From an uncultured Clostridia bacterium (GTDB lineage: Bacteria; Bacillota; Clostridia; TANB77; CAG-508), in NCBI GenBank assembly GCA_904381285.1, contig CAJFII010000007.1, positions 10,958 through 74,957 of the forward strand: a DNA stretch of 64,000 nt, read 5' to 3'. A program made the position numbers and the translations under genes. Below, in pieces: positions 9,340 through 19,996 of this stretch (position 1 is its first letter; the number at the start of each line of letters is the position of its first letter). Under the pieces are notes generated by a model. That model did not search any database, was not told the origin of the DNA, and saw nothing but the letters and a program-made list of their open reading frames with translations.

Positions 9340-12300
9340 ATGAATAGAAAATTTTATGATTTAACTAATCCACAAAAATCTATTTTGCTTACAGAAGAGT
9401 TTTACAAAGGGACTAATATTAATAACATTTGTGGAACTGCTATTATTAAAAATGAGTTAAATTTTGAATTATTAAAAAAAGCTATTAGTCTTTTTATTAA
9501 GAACAATGATAGCTTTAGTTTAAAATTGACTCTAGATAATAACGAAGTTAAGCAGTATATTGGTGATATTGATACTGATAATATTACTATCGTGGATATT
9601 GAATCAAAAGATGATTTACCTAAACTTGAAAATGATATAATGAGTAAAGTTTTTGATGTTTATGATTCTAACTTATTTTCTTTTACTATTTTTAGATTTA
9701 AAGATAATACAGGCGGCTTTATTGCTAATGTTCATCATTTAATTGGTGACTCTTGGACATTAGGTATTATTGCCAATGAAATTGTTAGAATATATTCTTG
9801 TATTATTAACGGAGTTGATGTTGATAAAAACAACGAAAATTCTTATATAAATTATATTAATTCTGAAAAAGAATACTTAAATAGTGATAAATTTAAAAAG
9901 GATAAAGAGTATTGGAATAATGTTTTTAATACTATTCCTGAACAGGCTTCTATTCCTAGTTCAAAATTAAAAATTTCAAATGATGATTTTTCATGTATTG
10001 CAAATCGTAGTATTTTTAATATAGATAAATCTACAATAGATGAAATTACTGAATTTTGCAAATCTATAAATATTTCTGTTTTTAATTTCTTTATGGCTGT
10101 TTATTCTATTTATATTAGTAGAGTAAGTGGCTTATCTGATTTTGTAATTGGCACACCTATTTTAAATCGAACCAATTTCAAAGAAAAACATACAACTGGT
10201 ATGTTTATTAATACTTCCCCACTTAGAGTTTCAATTGATGATGATATAGATTTTAATACTTTTGCCTCTAATATTGCAAAAGATTCTTTAAGCATGCTTA
10301 GACATCAAAAATATTATTATCAAAATATTTTAGAGGATTTAAGAAATCGTGAACCTAATTTACCAAACTTATATAGTATTCTTATTTCATACCAAATAAC
10401 AAAGGCTAGTACTGAAAAAGGATTATCTTATACTACTCGTTGGAACTTTAATGGTACTTGTTCTGATGATATTGATATTCATTTATTTGATTTAAATGAC
10501 TCTGGAAGTATTAATATTGCTTATGATTATAAAGTTTCAAAATATGAAGATACTGATATTGCTAGTCTTCACAATCGTATTTTACATATTATTGAACAAA
10601 TTTTAAGTACTCCTAGTATAAACATTAAAGATATTGAAATTGTTACTAATAAAGAAAAAAATGATATTTTAAATAAGTTTAATAACACAAATAAAGATTT
10701 TCATTTTAAAAATAATATTATTGAAGTTATAAAAGATATCGCCTCAAGCAATCCAGATAAGGTTGCTATTGAAGCTGAAAATGATTGGATTAGTTATAAA
10801 GATTTAATTGACAGAGTAAATAAACTTTCTAATTATCTAATTACACAAACTGATTTAAACCAAAACTCTAATGTTGGTATTTTTACATATAGAAATATCG
10901 ATACTATTGTTGGTATTTTAGCAATTATTAATATTAATTGTACTTATGTTCCAATTGATCCTGAATATCCTGTAGACAGAATTAATTATATGATTGAGCA
11001 ATCAAAAATTACTACAATTCTTTCTACTGATTCTTCATGCAAGAATTTGGTTGAGTTTGATTTTCTAAAATTCATACCTATTAATTATAATTTATATAAA
11101 GATTGCAAAATTACAAATAATTTGTCATTTGATTATAATTTTGATAATAATTTATATATTATATTTACTTCAGGCTCTACTGGAAAACCAAAAGGTGTTA
11201 CTATCACTCATAAAAACATGATGAATTTAATTTTTCACGAAAAATATTGTACCGATATTTTTTCTAATAAAGGAAATCATAAAGTTTTACAATTTGCAAC
11301 TATGAGTTTTGATGTTAGTTACCAAGAAATTTTTTCTAGTTTACTAACTAGCTCTACTCTAGTTTTAATTAGTGATGAAAAAAGAAAAAATATTAAAAAG
11401 CTATCTGATTATATTGCTATAAAAAATATAGATACTTTATTTATTCCACCTGCATATTTACGTTTATTAACAGAAGATATTTCTACTCTAGAGAAGTTCT
11501 CTTCTTGTGTAAAAAATATAATTACAGCTGGTGAAGCATTATTAATTACAAGTGGTATAAATAAATTACTTTCTTGTGGAATTAAAATACATAATCATTA
11601 TGGTCCTGCTGAAACGCATGTTGCTACAACCTATACTTTAAATGAACCTCAAGAAACGGTAAATGTACCAATTGGTTATCCAATATCTAATACTTCTATT
11701 TACATTTTAGATGAGGCAAATCATTTATGTCCTTCAAATGTTAAAGGGCAAATTGCAATAGCAGGTGCCTGTGTTGGAAATGGATATGTAAATAGAGATG
11801 ATTTAACAAAACAAAGATTTATTAGTGATCCTTTTGTTCCTGGTAATAAGCTATATCTTACTGGTGATTTAGGATTTTGGGATAATTCTGGTTGTATTCA
11901 TTATATTGGAAGGTCAGATTTCCAAGTAAAAATTAATGGTTTTAGAATTGAATTACAAGAAATTGATAAAGTTTTATCTACCTTTGATACTATTACAAAT
12001 TGTATTTCAGTAGTACAAATAATAAATAATAAAAAATATATTATTACATATTATTGCGGAACAAAAAAATTCTCTGAAAATGAATTAAAAAATCATTTAA
12101 ATGAATTTTTACCTAAATTCATGATACCTTATAGATTAATTTATTTAGATAAATTGCCTTTAAATAACAATGGAAAAATCGACAGAAAGAAATTACCAAA
12201 TGTAGATTTGAACTTTTCAGATGAATTTGTCGCTCCTACTACAGAAACAGAAATAAAATTAGCTAAGATTTGGGACGAAATTTTTAATGTAGAAAAAATA

Positions 12301-15300
12301 AGTAATACTTCTGACTTTTTCAATATTGGAGGAGATTCTTTACTTGCAATTAAATTGTGTTCTAGAATTTTATCTAATTTTGATATAGATATAACTGTAG
12401 CAGACGTATTTAAATATCCAGTTTTACAAGATTTAGCTAAGTTTTTGGATTCTCATAAGAAATCCACTGCCAAAAATCTTATTTCAAAATGTGCTCATAT
12501 GGATTCTTATCCTTTATCTAGTGCACAAAAAAGGATTTATTATGCTACAAAATTAATTGATGATAATAATATTACATATAATATTCCTGGTGCATTACTA
12601 TTTAATGCAATTTTAGAAAAAGAGAAAATTATAGATGCTTTTAATAAGTTAATAAACATTCACGCTTCATTTAGAACTTGTTTTAGAATTATCAATAATG
12701 AACCTCGCCAAGTAGTTCTAGATAAAGTTAATTTTGATATAGAAACTTATTATGATACCGAAAAAAATATGCAATCAATTGTTGATAATTTTCCAAAACC
12801 TTTTGATTTAGCAAATGCTCCTTTGCTTCGTGTATGTATTTATTATTTAGATAACCAAAAAACTTTACTACTAATTGACTCTCATCATATTATATTAGAT
12901 GGACATTCATTAAATATTTTAATAAAAGACTTTTGTTCTTTATATTTGAATAATTCTATTGATGTACCATCTATTGAATATATCGATTATTCTGTATGGG
13001 AAGAGAATTATTTAAATACACCTGAAATAAAGTCAGCTGAAAATTATTGGCTTAATAAGTTTAAAGATTCAGAAATACCATCTATTAATTTGCCGTTTGA
13101 TTATAATGCTACAGCTAATCGTTCTTATAATGGTGATCAAATTAATATCTGTCTACCTGAAAACTTATTTGCCAGCTTAGATATGGTAGCAAAAAATAAC
13201 AATGTTTCTAATTACATGTTGTTCTTGACAATGTTTTATATTTTGTTATATAAATATACTTCTCAAAATAAAATTATTGTTGGAACACCTGTCGAAAATA
13301 GAGCTTCTGAAGAATTGAACAATATTCTAGGTATGTTTGTTAATAATATTGTTTTAGATTCAATAATTGACTCTAATAAAACTTTTACAGAATTTTTATT
13401 AGATGTTAAAGATATGGTTTTAAATGCCCTTAAATATCAATCTTATCCATATAATTTACTTGTTAAAAACCTATCTACTAACAATAATTTATTTGATGTA
13501 TTTTTTGTTTACCAAAATACTTATCAAGAAAAGGTAACTTTGGGTAATATTCCTTTAGAAATAGTAGAATCTAATTCACATACAGCTAAGTTTACTCTAT
13601 CTTTAGAAATTATTCCTAATTCTAATACTATTAAATTGAATTATTGCTCAGACTTATTCAAAAAAAGCACTATGGAACATATTCTATCAAACTATGTTAA
13701 TATACTAAAACTTGTTTCAAATGGCTTTAATGATAAAATATGTAATATGAATATTTTATCATCAAAAGAGACAAATCAATTACTTTACGATTTTAACAAT
13801 ACAAAATTAGAATACTCAAAAGAAAAAACTATTGCTCAACTATTTGAAGAGCAAGTAGAAAAAACGCCTAATTCATATGCTGTTATTTTTAAGGATAAAA
13901 AATTAACATATGATGAATTAAACAAAAAAGCCAACCAATTGGCATGGTATTTAAAAAATCAAGGTGTTAAAGAGCATGATATTATAGGAATTTCTATGAA
14001 TCGTTCTTCTGAAATTCTATTATGTATGATTGCCATTTTAAAATTGGGTGCTGCTTATTTACCTATTGATCCTACTTATCCAGAACATAGGGTTGAATAC
14101 ATAATTAATGATAGTAAAGTACGCATTATTTTAACTAAAAATAATTTAATTAATGTTTTCTCTAAAATGGCTAATGTTATTGCTGTAGATTTAGAGGACA
14201 GCCCAATTTATAATAGTGATTTAACATACAATCTTGGTAATTTAGGATCTGCAGATAATTTAGCATATTTAATTTACACATCCGGCTCAACTGGCAATCC
14301 AAAAGGCGTAATGTTAACAAATAGAAATGTTAATAATTTTATTACTGGCACATGTAACAAAATTGATTTCAAAAAATATTCAACTATTGTTTCTGTTACT
14401 ACAATGTGTTTTGATATATTTGTGTTAGAATCTTTGTTACCTTTAGAAAATGGATTAACTGTTATTATTGCAGATGAAGATGAACAAAATATACCTACTT
14501 TATTAAATAAACTATGTTTAGAAAACAATGTAGAAATGCTTCAAACAACACCTTCTAGAATGTCTTTACTAATGAGTGATGATACTTCTTTAGAATACTT
14601 AAAACAATTAAAATGTGTTATGATTGGTGGAGAACCTTTCCCAAGTAATTTATTAACTAATTTGCAAAAGTATTCTAATCTTAAAATTTATAATATGTAT
14701 GGTCCTACAGAGACAACAGTTTGGTCTACAATAAAAGATCTAACTAATACCTCTAATATTACAATTGGAACTCCAATTGCAAACACCACATGTTATATTT
14801 TAGATAAAGATTTAAACATGGTTCCAATTGGTGTCCCTGGAGAACTTTATATTGGTGGAGATGGCGTTTCAAATGGTTATCTAAATCGTGAAAACTTAAC
14901 AAAAGAAAAATTTATAAACAATCCTTTTATAAAAAATGATATAATATATAATACTGGTGATTTAGCTTCATGGAATTATAATGGAGAAATTAATTGTCTG
15001 GGTCGTTCCGATTTTCAAGTTAAAATAAGAGGATTACGTATAGAGCTCGGTGAAATAGAAAAACAAATGCTAGAATACCCTGGTATTATAAAGTCAGTTG
15101 TAAATGTTAAGAAGGATAATTTAGATAGACAAATGCTTTGTGGATATTTTGTTGCAAATACTAGAGTTTCTATATCAGATTTAAGAGATCATTTAAGTAA
15201 ATACTTACCTAACTACATGGTACCTAGCTATTTAATGCAATTAGATGATTTCAATTATACTCCTAATGGAAAGATTGATAAAAAAGCATTACCTACTCCT

Positions 15301-16776
15301 AAAATAGAAGTAAGTAAAACTATCATTGCTCCTGAAACATCTTTGGAGAAATTGATTGCATCTTTATTTGAAGAACTTCTTGGAGTTTCACCTATTAGTA
15401 TTAATGATAACTTTTTTGAAATTGGTGGAGATTCCATTTTAGCATTGAAACTTCAAATGAAACTATTAAATAATAATATAAATATTTCTTATTCTGACAT
15501 TTATAAATACAATACAGTAAAAGAATTAGCTTTGAAAATAGAAACCATTCAAAATACTTATAATGCTGTACTAGATGACGAATATGATTTTACAAATATA
15601 AATTCTGTATTATCTAATAATATTTCAGATAATTTAGATAATATAAATTTTCACGATATTGGTAATGTATTATTAACTGGTAGTACAGGATTTTTAGGAG
15701 CTCACATATTATCTTATTTATTGGATAATACAGATAGTATTGTATATTGTCTTATACGAAAAGATCCTAGTACTTCTGTTAAAGATAAATTACTTAAGAA
15801 ATTATCATATTATTTCGGCGAAAAATATCATGATTTAATCGGTAACAGAATTATAGTAATAAATTCTGACATTACTAAACCTGATTTGGGTCTTACAGAT
15901 AATAAATTACAAGATTTATTTAGTAATATATCTTGCGTTATAAATAGTGCAGCTACTGTAAAACATTATGGATATTATAGTAATTTCGAAGAAATTAATG
16001 TAAATGCTGTAAAATATTTGGTAAAATATTGTGAACAATTTAATAAAAAATTAGTACAAATTTCAACTATTAGTGTTTCTGGTAATACCCTAACAGATTT
16101 AGCTATTAATCATCAAACTTTCAAATCTGATGTTTATTTTGATGAGACTTCTCTTTACATAGGTCAAGATTTAAGTAATCTTTATGTTAAGAGTAAATAT
16201 GAAGCTGAAAAATATATTTTACAAGAAATTTATGATAATAATTTAGATGCAATTATTTTAAGAATTGGTAATATAACAAACAGAGCTTCTGATGGTGTTT
16301 TTCAATATAATTCTAATGAAAACGCTTTTATGCATAGAATACAGGCTTTACTTGAACTAAAAATGATTCCAGATTATATATTAGATAATTATGTTGAATT
16401 TAGCCCTGTTGATTTAGTTGCTACTGCTGTTGTTAAGAGCATCCAATATGTAAACAAATCAATAAGTGTATTGCATATATATAATTATAATCATGTTTTA
16501 ATTCGTGATTTGATAAATTTATTTGATACTAAAATTGATATTGTTTCTTCTGATACTTTTAAAAATGTTTTACAAAAAAAGCTAAAGGAAAACAACAAGT
16601 TAATTTATATAACTAATGATTTAGATAAGGACTTTAAACTTGTTTATTATTCTAATATTAAGATTAGAAATAATTTATCAAAAGACTTCTTTAATAAAAT
16701 TAATTTTACTTGGAACATAATTGACAAAAAATATATCTCTCAAATGTTGGAGGAATTAACTAAGGAGGAAAAATAA
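9340..16776 (+). CDS. Two-module nonribosomal peptide synthetase, domain order C-A-T-C-A-T-R (terminal NAD(P)H-dependent thioester reductase)
   Basis: C1 HHLIGDSWT (aa ~132). A1 FTSGSTGKPKG (aa ~609), NHYGPAETHV, GRSDFQVKINGFRIEL. T1 GGDSL (aa ~997). C2 HHIILDGHSL (aa ~1182). A2 YTSGSTGNPKG (aa ~1647), NMYGPTETTV, GRSDFQVKIRGLRIELGEIE. T2 GGDSIL (aa ~2029). R domain VLLTGSTGFLGAH Rossmann motif (aa ~2112) plus YVKSK (YxxxK). Confidence 0.92.
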   Translation: MNRKFYDLTNPQKSILLTEEFYKGTNINNICGTAIIKNELNFELLKKAISLFIKNNDSFSLKLTLDNNEVKQYIGDIDTDNITIVDIESKDDLPKLENDIMSKVFDVYDSNLFSFTIFRFKDNTGGFIANVHHLIGDSWTLGIIANEIVRIYSCIINGVDVDKNNENSYINYINSEKEYLNSDKFKKDKEYWNNVFNTIPEQASIPSSKLKISNDDFSCIANRSIFNIDKSTIDEITEFCKSINISVFNFFMAVYSIYISRVSGLSDFVIGTPILNRTNFKEKHTTGMFINTSPLRVSIDDDIDFNTFASNIAKDSLSMLRHQKYYYQNILEDLRNREPNLPNLYSILISYQITKASTEKGLSYTTRWNFNGTCSDDIDIHLFDLNDSGSINIAYDYKVSKYEDTDIASLHNRILHIIEQILSTPSINIKDIEIVTNKEKNDILNKFNNTNKDFHFKNNIIEVIKDIASSNPDKVAIEAENDWISYKDLIDRVNKLSNYLITQTDLNQNSNVGIFTYRNIDTIVGILAIININCTYVPIDPEYPVDRINYMIEQSKITTILSTDSSCKNLVEFDFLKFIPINYNLYKDCKITNNLSFDYNFDNNLYIIFTSGSTGKPKGVTITHKNMMNLIFHEKYCTDIFSNKGNHKVLQFATMSFDVSYQEIFSSLLTSSTLVLISDEKRKNIKKLSDYIAIKNIDTLFIPPAYLRLLTEDISTLEKFSSCVKNIITAGEALLITSGINKLLSCGIKIHNHYGPAETHVATTYTLNEPQETVNVPIGYPISNTSIYILDEANHLCPSNVKGQIAIAGACVGNGYVNRDDLTKQRFISDPFVPGNKLYLTGDLGFWDNSGCIHYIGRSDFQVKINGFRIELQEIDKVLSTFDTITNCISVVQIINNKKYIITYYCGTKKFSENELKNHLNEFLPKFMIPYRLIYLDKLPLNNNGKIDRKKLPNVDLNFSDEFVAPTTETEIKLAKIWDEIFNVEKISNTSDFFNIGGDSLLAIKLCSRILSNFDIDITVADVFKYPVLQDLAKFLDSHKKSTAKNLISKCAHMDSYPLSSAQKRIYYATKLIDDNNITYNIPGALLFNAILEKEKIIDAFNKLINIHASFRTCFRIINNEPRQVVLDKVNFDIETYYDTEKNMQSIVDNFPKPFDLANAPLLRVCIYYLDNQKTLLLIDSHHIILDGHSLNILIKDFCSLYLNNSIDVPSIEYIDYSVWEENYLNTPEIKSAENYWLNKFKDSEIPSINLPFDYNATANRSYNGDQINICLPENLFASLDMVAKNNNVSNYMLFLTMFYILLYKYTSQNKIIVGTPVENRASEELNNILGMFVNNIVLDSIIDSNKTFTEFLLDVKDMVLNALKYQSYPYNLLVKNLSTNNNLFDVFFVYQNTYQEKVTLGNIPLEIVESNSHTAKFTLSLEIIPNSNTIKLNYCSDLFKKSTMEHILSNYVNILKLVSNGFNDKICNMNILSSKETNQLLYDFNNTKLEYSKEKTIAQLFEEQVEKTPNSYAVIFKDKKLTYDELNKKANQLAWYLKNQGVKEHDIIGISMNRSSEILLCMIAILKLGAAYLPIDPTYPEHRVEYIINDSKVRIILTKNNLINVFSKMANVIAVDLEDSPIYNSDLTYNLGNLGSADNLAYLIYTSGSTGNPKGVMLTNRNVNNFITGTCNKIDFKKYSTIVSVTTMCFDIFVLESLLPLENGLTVIIADEDEQNIPTLLNKLCLENNVEMLQTTPSRMSLLMSDDTSLEYLKQLKCVMIGGEPFPSNLLTNLQKYSNLKIYNMYGPTETTVWSTIKDLTNTSNITIGTPIANTTCYILDKDLNMVPIGVPGELYIGGDGVSNGYLNRENLTKEKFINNPFIKNDIIYNTGDLASWNYNGEINCLGRSDFQVKIRGLRIELGEIEKQMLEYPGIIKSVVNVKKDNLDRQMLCGYFVANTRVSISDLRDHLSKYLPNYMVPSYLMQLDDFNYTPNGKIDKKALPTPKIEVSKTIIAPETSLEKLIASLFEELLGVSPISINDNFFEIGGDSILALKLQMKLLNNNINISYSDIYKYNTVKELALKIETIQNTYNAVLDDEYDFTNINSVLSNNISDNLDNINFHDIGNVLLTGSTGFLGAHILSYLLDNTDSIVYCLIRKDPSTSVKDKLLKKLSYYFGEKYHDLIGNRIIVINSDITKPDLGLTDNKLQDLFSNISCVINSAATVKHYGYYSNFEEINVNAVKYLVKYCEQFNKKLVQISTISVSGNTLTDLAINHQTFKSDVYFDETSLYIGQDLSNLYVKSKYEAEKYILQEIYDNNLDAIILRIGNITNRASDGVFQYNSNENAFMHRIQALLELKMIPDYILDNYVEFSPVDLVATAVVKSIQYVNKSISVLHIYNYNHVLIRDLINLFDTKIDIVSSDTFKNVLQKKLKENNKLIYITNDLDKDFKLVYYSNIKIRNNLSKDFFNKINFTWNIIDKKYISQMLEELTKEEK

Positions 16777-18564
16777 ATGGATTTATTATTATTAAGTTTA
16801 TCATGCCTTTTTGTTTTGATTATTTATTTATTTATTAATAAATTTCAAAATAAATCTCAATTAACATCTATATTTTCTTTAAATCTTGTATTACTACTTG
16901 TTTGGGATTCTGCCTTAATTTTACAACTATTATTTAAAGATGTTAATCCTATTTACTTTGATTATGTAGCATATATCGCAATATGTTTTATTCCAATTAC
17001 AATGCTATTAATGGGGCTTATTTTTGCTAATACTAAAATTAAATTTAAAAAACATTATTTATTATTATTTATAGTTCCTACAATTTCATTGTTCTTATTG
17101 TGGACAAATGATTTGCACCATTTGTTTTATGTAAGCTATTCTGTTTCTATAAGTGATGCTGTTTTTGGACCATATTTTATAGTTCATTCAATATATACAT
17201 ATGGCTTACTTTTTATTGCTTTATTTTATTTGCTAATATATTCAATTAGAAATTCAGGATTTTTTTCAAAACAATCTTTGCTTATATTAGCAGGAACACT
17301 GATTCCTATTTTAATAAATCTTCTTGGATATTTAGGTTTTCTAAATAATTCAATTTATACCACACCAATATCTTTTTCTATTGGTATGATTTGTTATGCT
17401 CTTGCTATTTTTAAATTTAAGTTTTTAAGTGTTACACCTATTGCATTACAGAGAATTGTAGATAGAATGTCAGATAGTTATATTGTTTTAAATGAAAATA
17501 ATGTTATTACGGATTTTAATAGTACTTTTTTAACTACTTTTAACGTAAAATCAAATGATGTTAGAAATCGTAATATTGTAGATTTAATTAGTAGATTTGG
17601 CGAAAAAAATATTAATATAGATAATTTATTAATAATTTTAAGTAAAGTAAAAAATTCTAATACTACTTTTAATTATGAAAAACATTTTGAAAGTATAAAT
17701 AAATATTTTAATATTGAAATTAACAGTATTCAATCAAATGATAAATATATTGGTACACTTATATTACTTAAAGATATCACTCAACATGTTGAAGATATGA
17801 ATACTATTAAAGAAAATCAGGACTTGTTAGTTGAAAAGGAACGACTTGCTTCACTTGGTCAACTTGTTGGTGGTATTGCTCATAACTTAAAAACTCCAAT
17901 TATGTCGATTGCAGGTGCTGCTGAAGGATTAACAGATTTAGTAAAAGAATATGATTCTTCTATTGACGACCCTGAAGTAACACACCAAGATCATCATGAA
18001 ATTGCACATGATATGGATGTTTGGATTGAAAAAATTAAGACTCATGCTTCTTATATGTCTGATGTTATTACAGCAGTAAAAGGACAAGCAGTTAATTTAA
18101 ATGAAGATGAACAAGATACTTTTACGATTGATGAACTTATGAAGAGAGTAAATATTTTAATGAAACACGAACTAAAAAATGCTTTAATAGATTTAAATAT
18201 TAATACAAATTCTAATAATTTAATAACTTTACATGGAAATGTTAATGGATTAGTACAAGTTATTAATAATTTAATTTCTAATGCTATTCAAGCATATAAT
18301 GGCGTGCCAAATAAATCTATTGATTTAACTGTTACCAAAAAAGATTCAGAAATTATTATTTCTGTACAGGATTATGGTTGTGGTATTCCTAAAGAAGTTC
18401 AAGATAAATTGTTTAAAGAAATGATTACAACCAAAGGAAAGAATGGTACTGGACTTGGATTATTTATGTCATATTCAACTATACGTGGACATTTTGATGG
18501 TAATATTACTTTTGAGTCAAAAGAAGGATTTGGTACTAGATTTGATATAATTCTTCCTTTATAA
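16777..18564 (+). CDS. Sensor histidine kinase with N-terminal multi-pass (about 6-7 TM) membrane sensor domain, PAS-like linker, HisKA and HATPase_c
   Basis: Hydrophobic N-terminal 230 aa, an H-box GGIAHNLKTP, and G-boxes GCGIP / GTGLGLF. The ATG directly abuts the NRPS stop (TAAATG) with AAGGAGGA inside the NRPS 3' end, indicating translational coupling. Confidence 0.85.
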   Translation: MDLLLLSLSCLFVLIIYLFINKFQNKSQLTSIFSLNLVLLLVWDSALILQLLFKDVNPIYFDYVAYIAICFIPITMLLMGLIFANTKIKFKKHYLLLFIVPTISLFLLWTNDLHHLFYVSYSVSISDAVFGPYFIVHSIYTYGLLFIALFYLLIYSIRNSGFFSKQSLLILAGTLIPILINLLGYLGFLNNSIYTTPISFSIGMICYALAIFKFKFLSVTPIALQRIVDRMSDSYIVLNENNVITDFNSTFLTTFNVKSNDVRNRNIVDLISRFGEKNINIDNLLIILSKVKNSNTTFNYEKHFESINKYFNIEINSIQSNDKYIGTLILLKDITQHVEDMNTIKENQDLLVEKERLASLGQLVGGIAHNLKTPIMSIAGAAEGLTDLVKEYDSSIDDPEVTHQDHHEIAHDMDVWIEKIKTHASYMSDVITAVKGQAVNLNEDEQDTFTIDELMKRVNILMKHELKNALIDLNINTNSNNLITLHGNVNGLVQVINNLISNAIQAYNGVPNKSIDLTVTKKDSEIIISVQDYGCGIPKEVQDKLFKEMITTKGKNGTGLGLFMSYSTIRGHFDGNITFESKEGFGTRFDIILPL

Positions 18565-18604
18565 AATAGATTTAGCTTAATATTGTTAACATCTTAGTTA
18601 CAAA

Positions 18605-18645
18605 AAAGCACAGAACTTAAATTTTTAGTTTTGTGCTTTTTTATT
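18605..18645 (+). terminator. Rho-independent terminator after the histidine kinase
   Basis: AAGCACAGAAC...GTTTTGTGCTTTTTT hairpin with a T-run. Confidence 0.5.
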
Positions 18646-18805
18646 GGTAAAAATTACCTAAAACTTAAAAATTACTGTATAAATTCTGTCGTTTTTTGTT
18701 CTTTTGTGTCATTTTTTCTGTGCAAATATTAATTTTTTTTATTTTTGTCTTGCTTTTATTAAATATTATTAATATAATATTGCTTGAAAGTAAGAGGTGA
18801 ACTTT

Positions 18806-19861
18806 ATGAGAAAAGGTAATATTGAGCATCCATCTAATGGTTATAAAATTATTGTAGTTGATGATGAAATTGGAATAATTGATTCTCTTTCTATTTTCTT
18901 AAAACGATCTGGATATGAATTTACTGGTGTTACTGATCCTATTAAAGCTATTGAAATGGTTAAAAATGAACATTTTGATTTAATGATTTTAGATTTTATT
19001 ATGACACCAATTCATGGAGATCAAGTTGTTGAAGAAATTAGAAAATTTAACAAAGAATTATATATTTTATTATTAACTGGACATAAAGATTTGGCTCCTC
19101 CTTTAGATACAATTAGGAGATTAGATATACAAGGATATTGTGAAAAGAGCGATAAATTTGACCAATTACTTTTATTAATTGAATCTGGAATTAAAGCTAT
19201 TTCTCAAATGAATTTAATTAAAAAAATTAATATTGAGTTAAAAGATACTTATGAGAAATTGGAACGTTCATATATGGAAAGTATCCAAACTATACGATAT
19301 ACTGTTGAAGCAAAAGATGCTTATACTCGAGGCCATTCAGATCGTGTTTCAGAATATAGTGTATTAATTGGTAAGCACATGGGACTATCTGAAGAAGATT
19401 TGAGAACTTTACGTATAGGTGGATTGTTCCACGACGTTGGTAAAATTGGTGTGCCTGACAGTATTTTACTAAAACCTGGTAAATTAACAGATGATGAATA
19501 TTCTGAAATAAAAAATCATCCAACTATTGGTGCCCACATTTTATCTACAGCAACTATTTTTAGAGATTTAATTCCTATTGTAAAGCATCATCATGAAAGA
19601 TATGATGGAAATGGATATCCTAGCAGATTAAAAGGAGAAGAAATACCATTTTTAGCTAGAATAACTGCTGTAGCAGATACTTTTGATGCCATGACATCAA
19701 AAAGAACTTATAGAGATTCTTTACCATTAGATGTTGTAAAAGCAGAAATTGAAAAGTGTAAAGGAACGCAATTTGATCCTGAAATTGCAGATGTATTTTT
19801 AGACATATTAAATAATCATTATGATGATATAGTTGAAATTCAAAATAGGTATATTTCGTAA
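18806..19861 (+). CDS. Response regulator with REC domain and HD-GYP (c-di-GMP phosphodiesterase) output domain
   Basis: REC: IIVVDDE...D...LMILD...K. HD-GYP: HSDRV...GGLFHDVGK...HHERYDGNGYP. The preferred start is the ATG at 18806 (AAGAGGTGA RBS) rather than the GTG at 18797. Confidence 0.85.
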   Translation: MRKGNIEHPSNGYKIIVVDDEIGIIDSLSIFLKRSGYEFTGVTDPIKAIEMVKNEHFDLMILDFIMTPIHGDQVVEEIRKFNKELYILLLTGHKDLAPPLDTIRRLDIQGYCEKSDKFDQLLLLIESGIKAISQMNLIKKINIELKDTYEKLERSYMESIQTIRYTVEAKDAYTRGHSDRVSEYSVLIGKHMGLSEEDLRTLRIGGLFHDVGKIGVPDSILLKPGKLTDDEYSEIKNHPTIGAHILSTATIFRDLIPIVKHHHERYDGNGYPSRLKGEEIPFLARITAVADTFDAMTSKRTYRDSLPLDVVKAEIEKCKGTQFDPEIADVFLDILNNHYDDIVEIQNRYIS

Positions 19862-19878
19862 ATTTATATTATATATTA

Positions 19879-19925
19879 TAGATAGAAACTTACAAAATTA
19901 CAAAAGTTTCTATCTATATTTTTTA
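19879..19925 (+). terminator. Rho-independent terminator after the response regulator
   Basis: ATAGATAGAAACT / AGTTTCTATCTAT inverted repeat followed by a T-run. Confidence 0.6.
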
Positions 19926-19996
19926 TTTCTTATATTGACATATTACATAAAATAATGTAATATAAAGTCGAAATAATAAAAAAAGGAGGATGTTTT

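Noticed and set aside
9852-15437. Several 60-84-aa minus-strand ORFs inside the NRPS gene (9852-10061, 10110-10295, 12141-12323, 14274-14528, 15255-15437)
   Set aside because: They are antisense to a clearly coding 7.4-kb gene with continuous domain motifs, in an AT-rich genome where random antisense ORFs are common.
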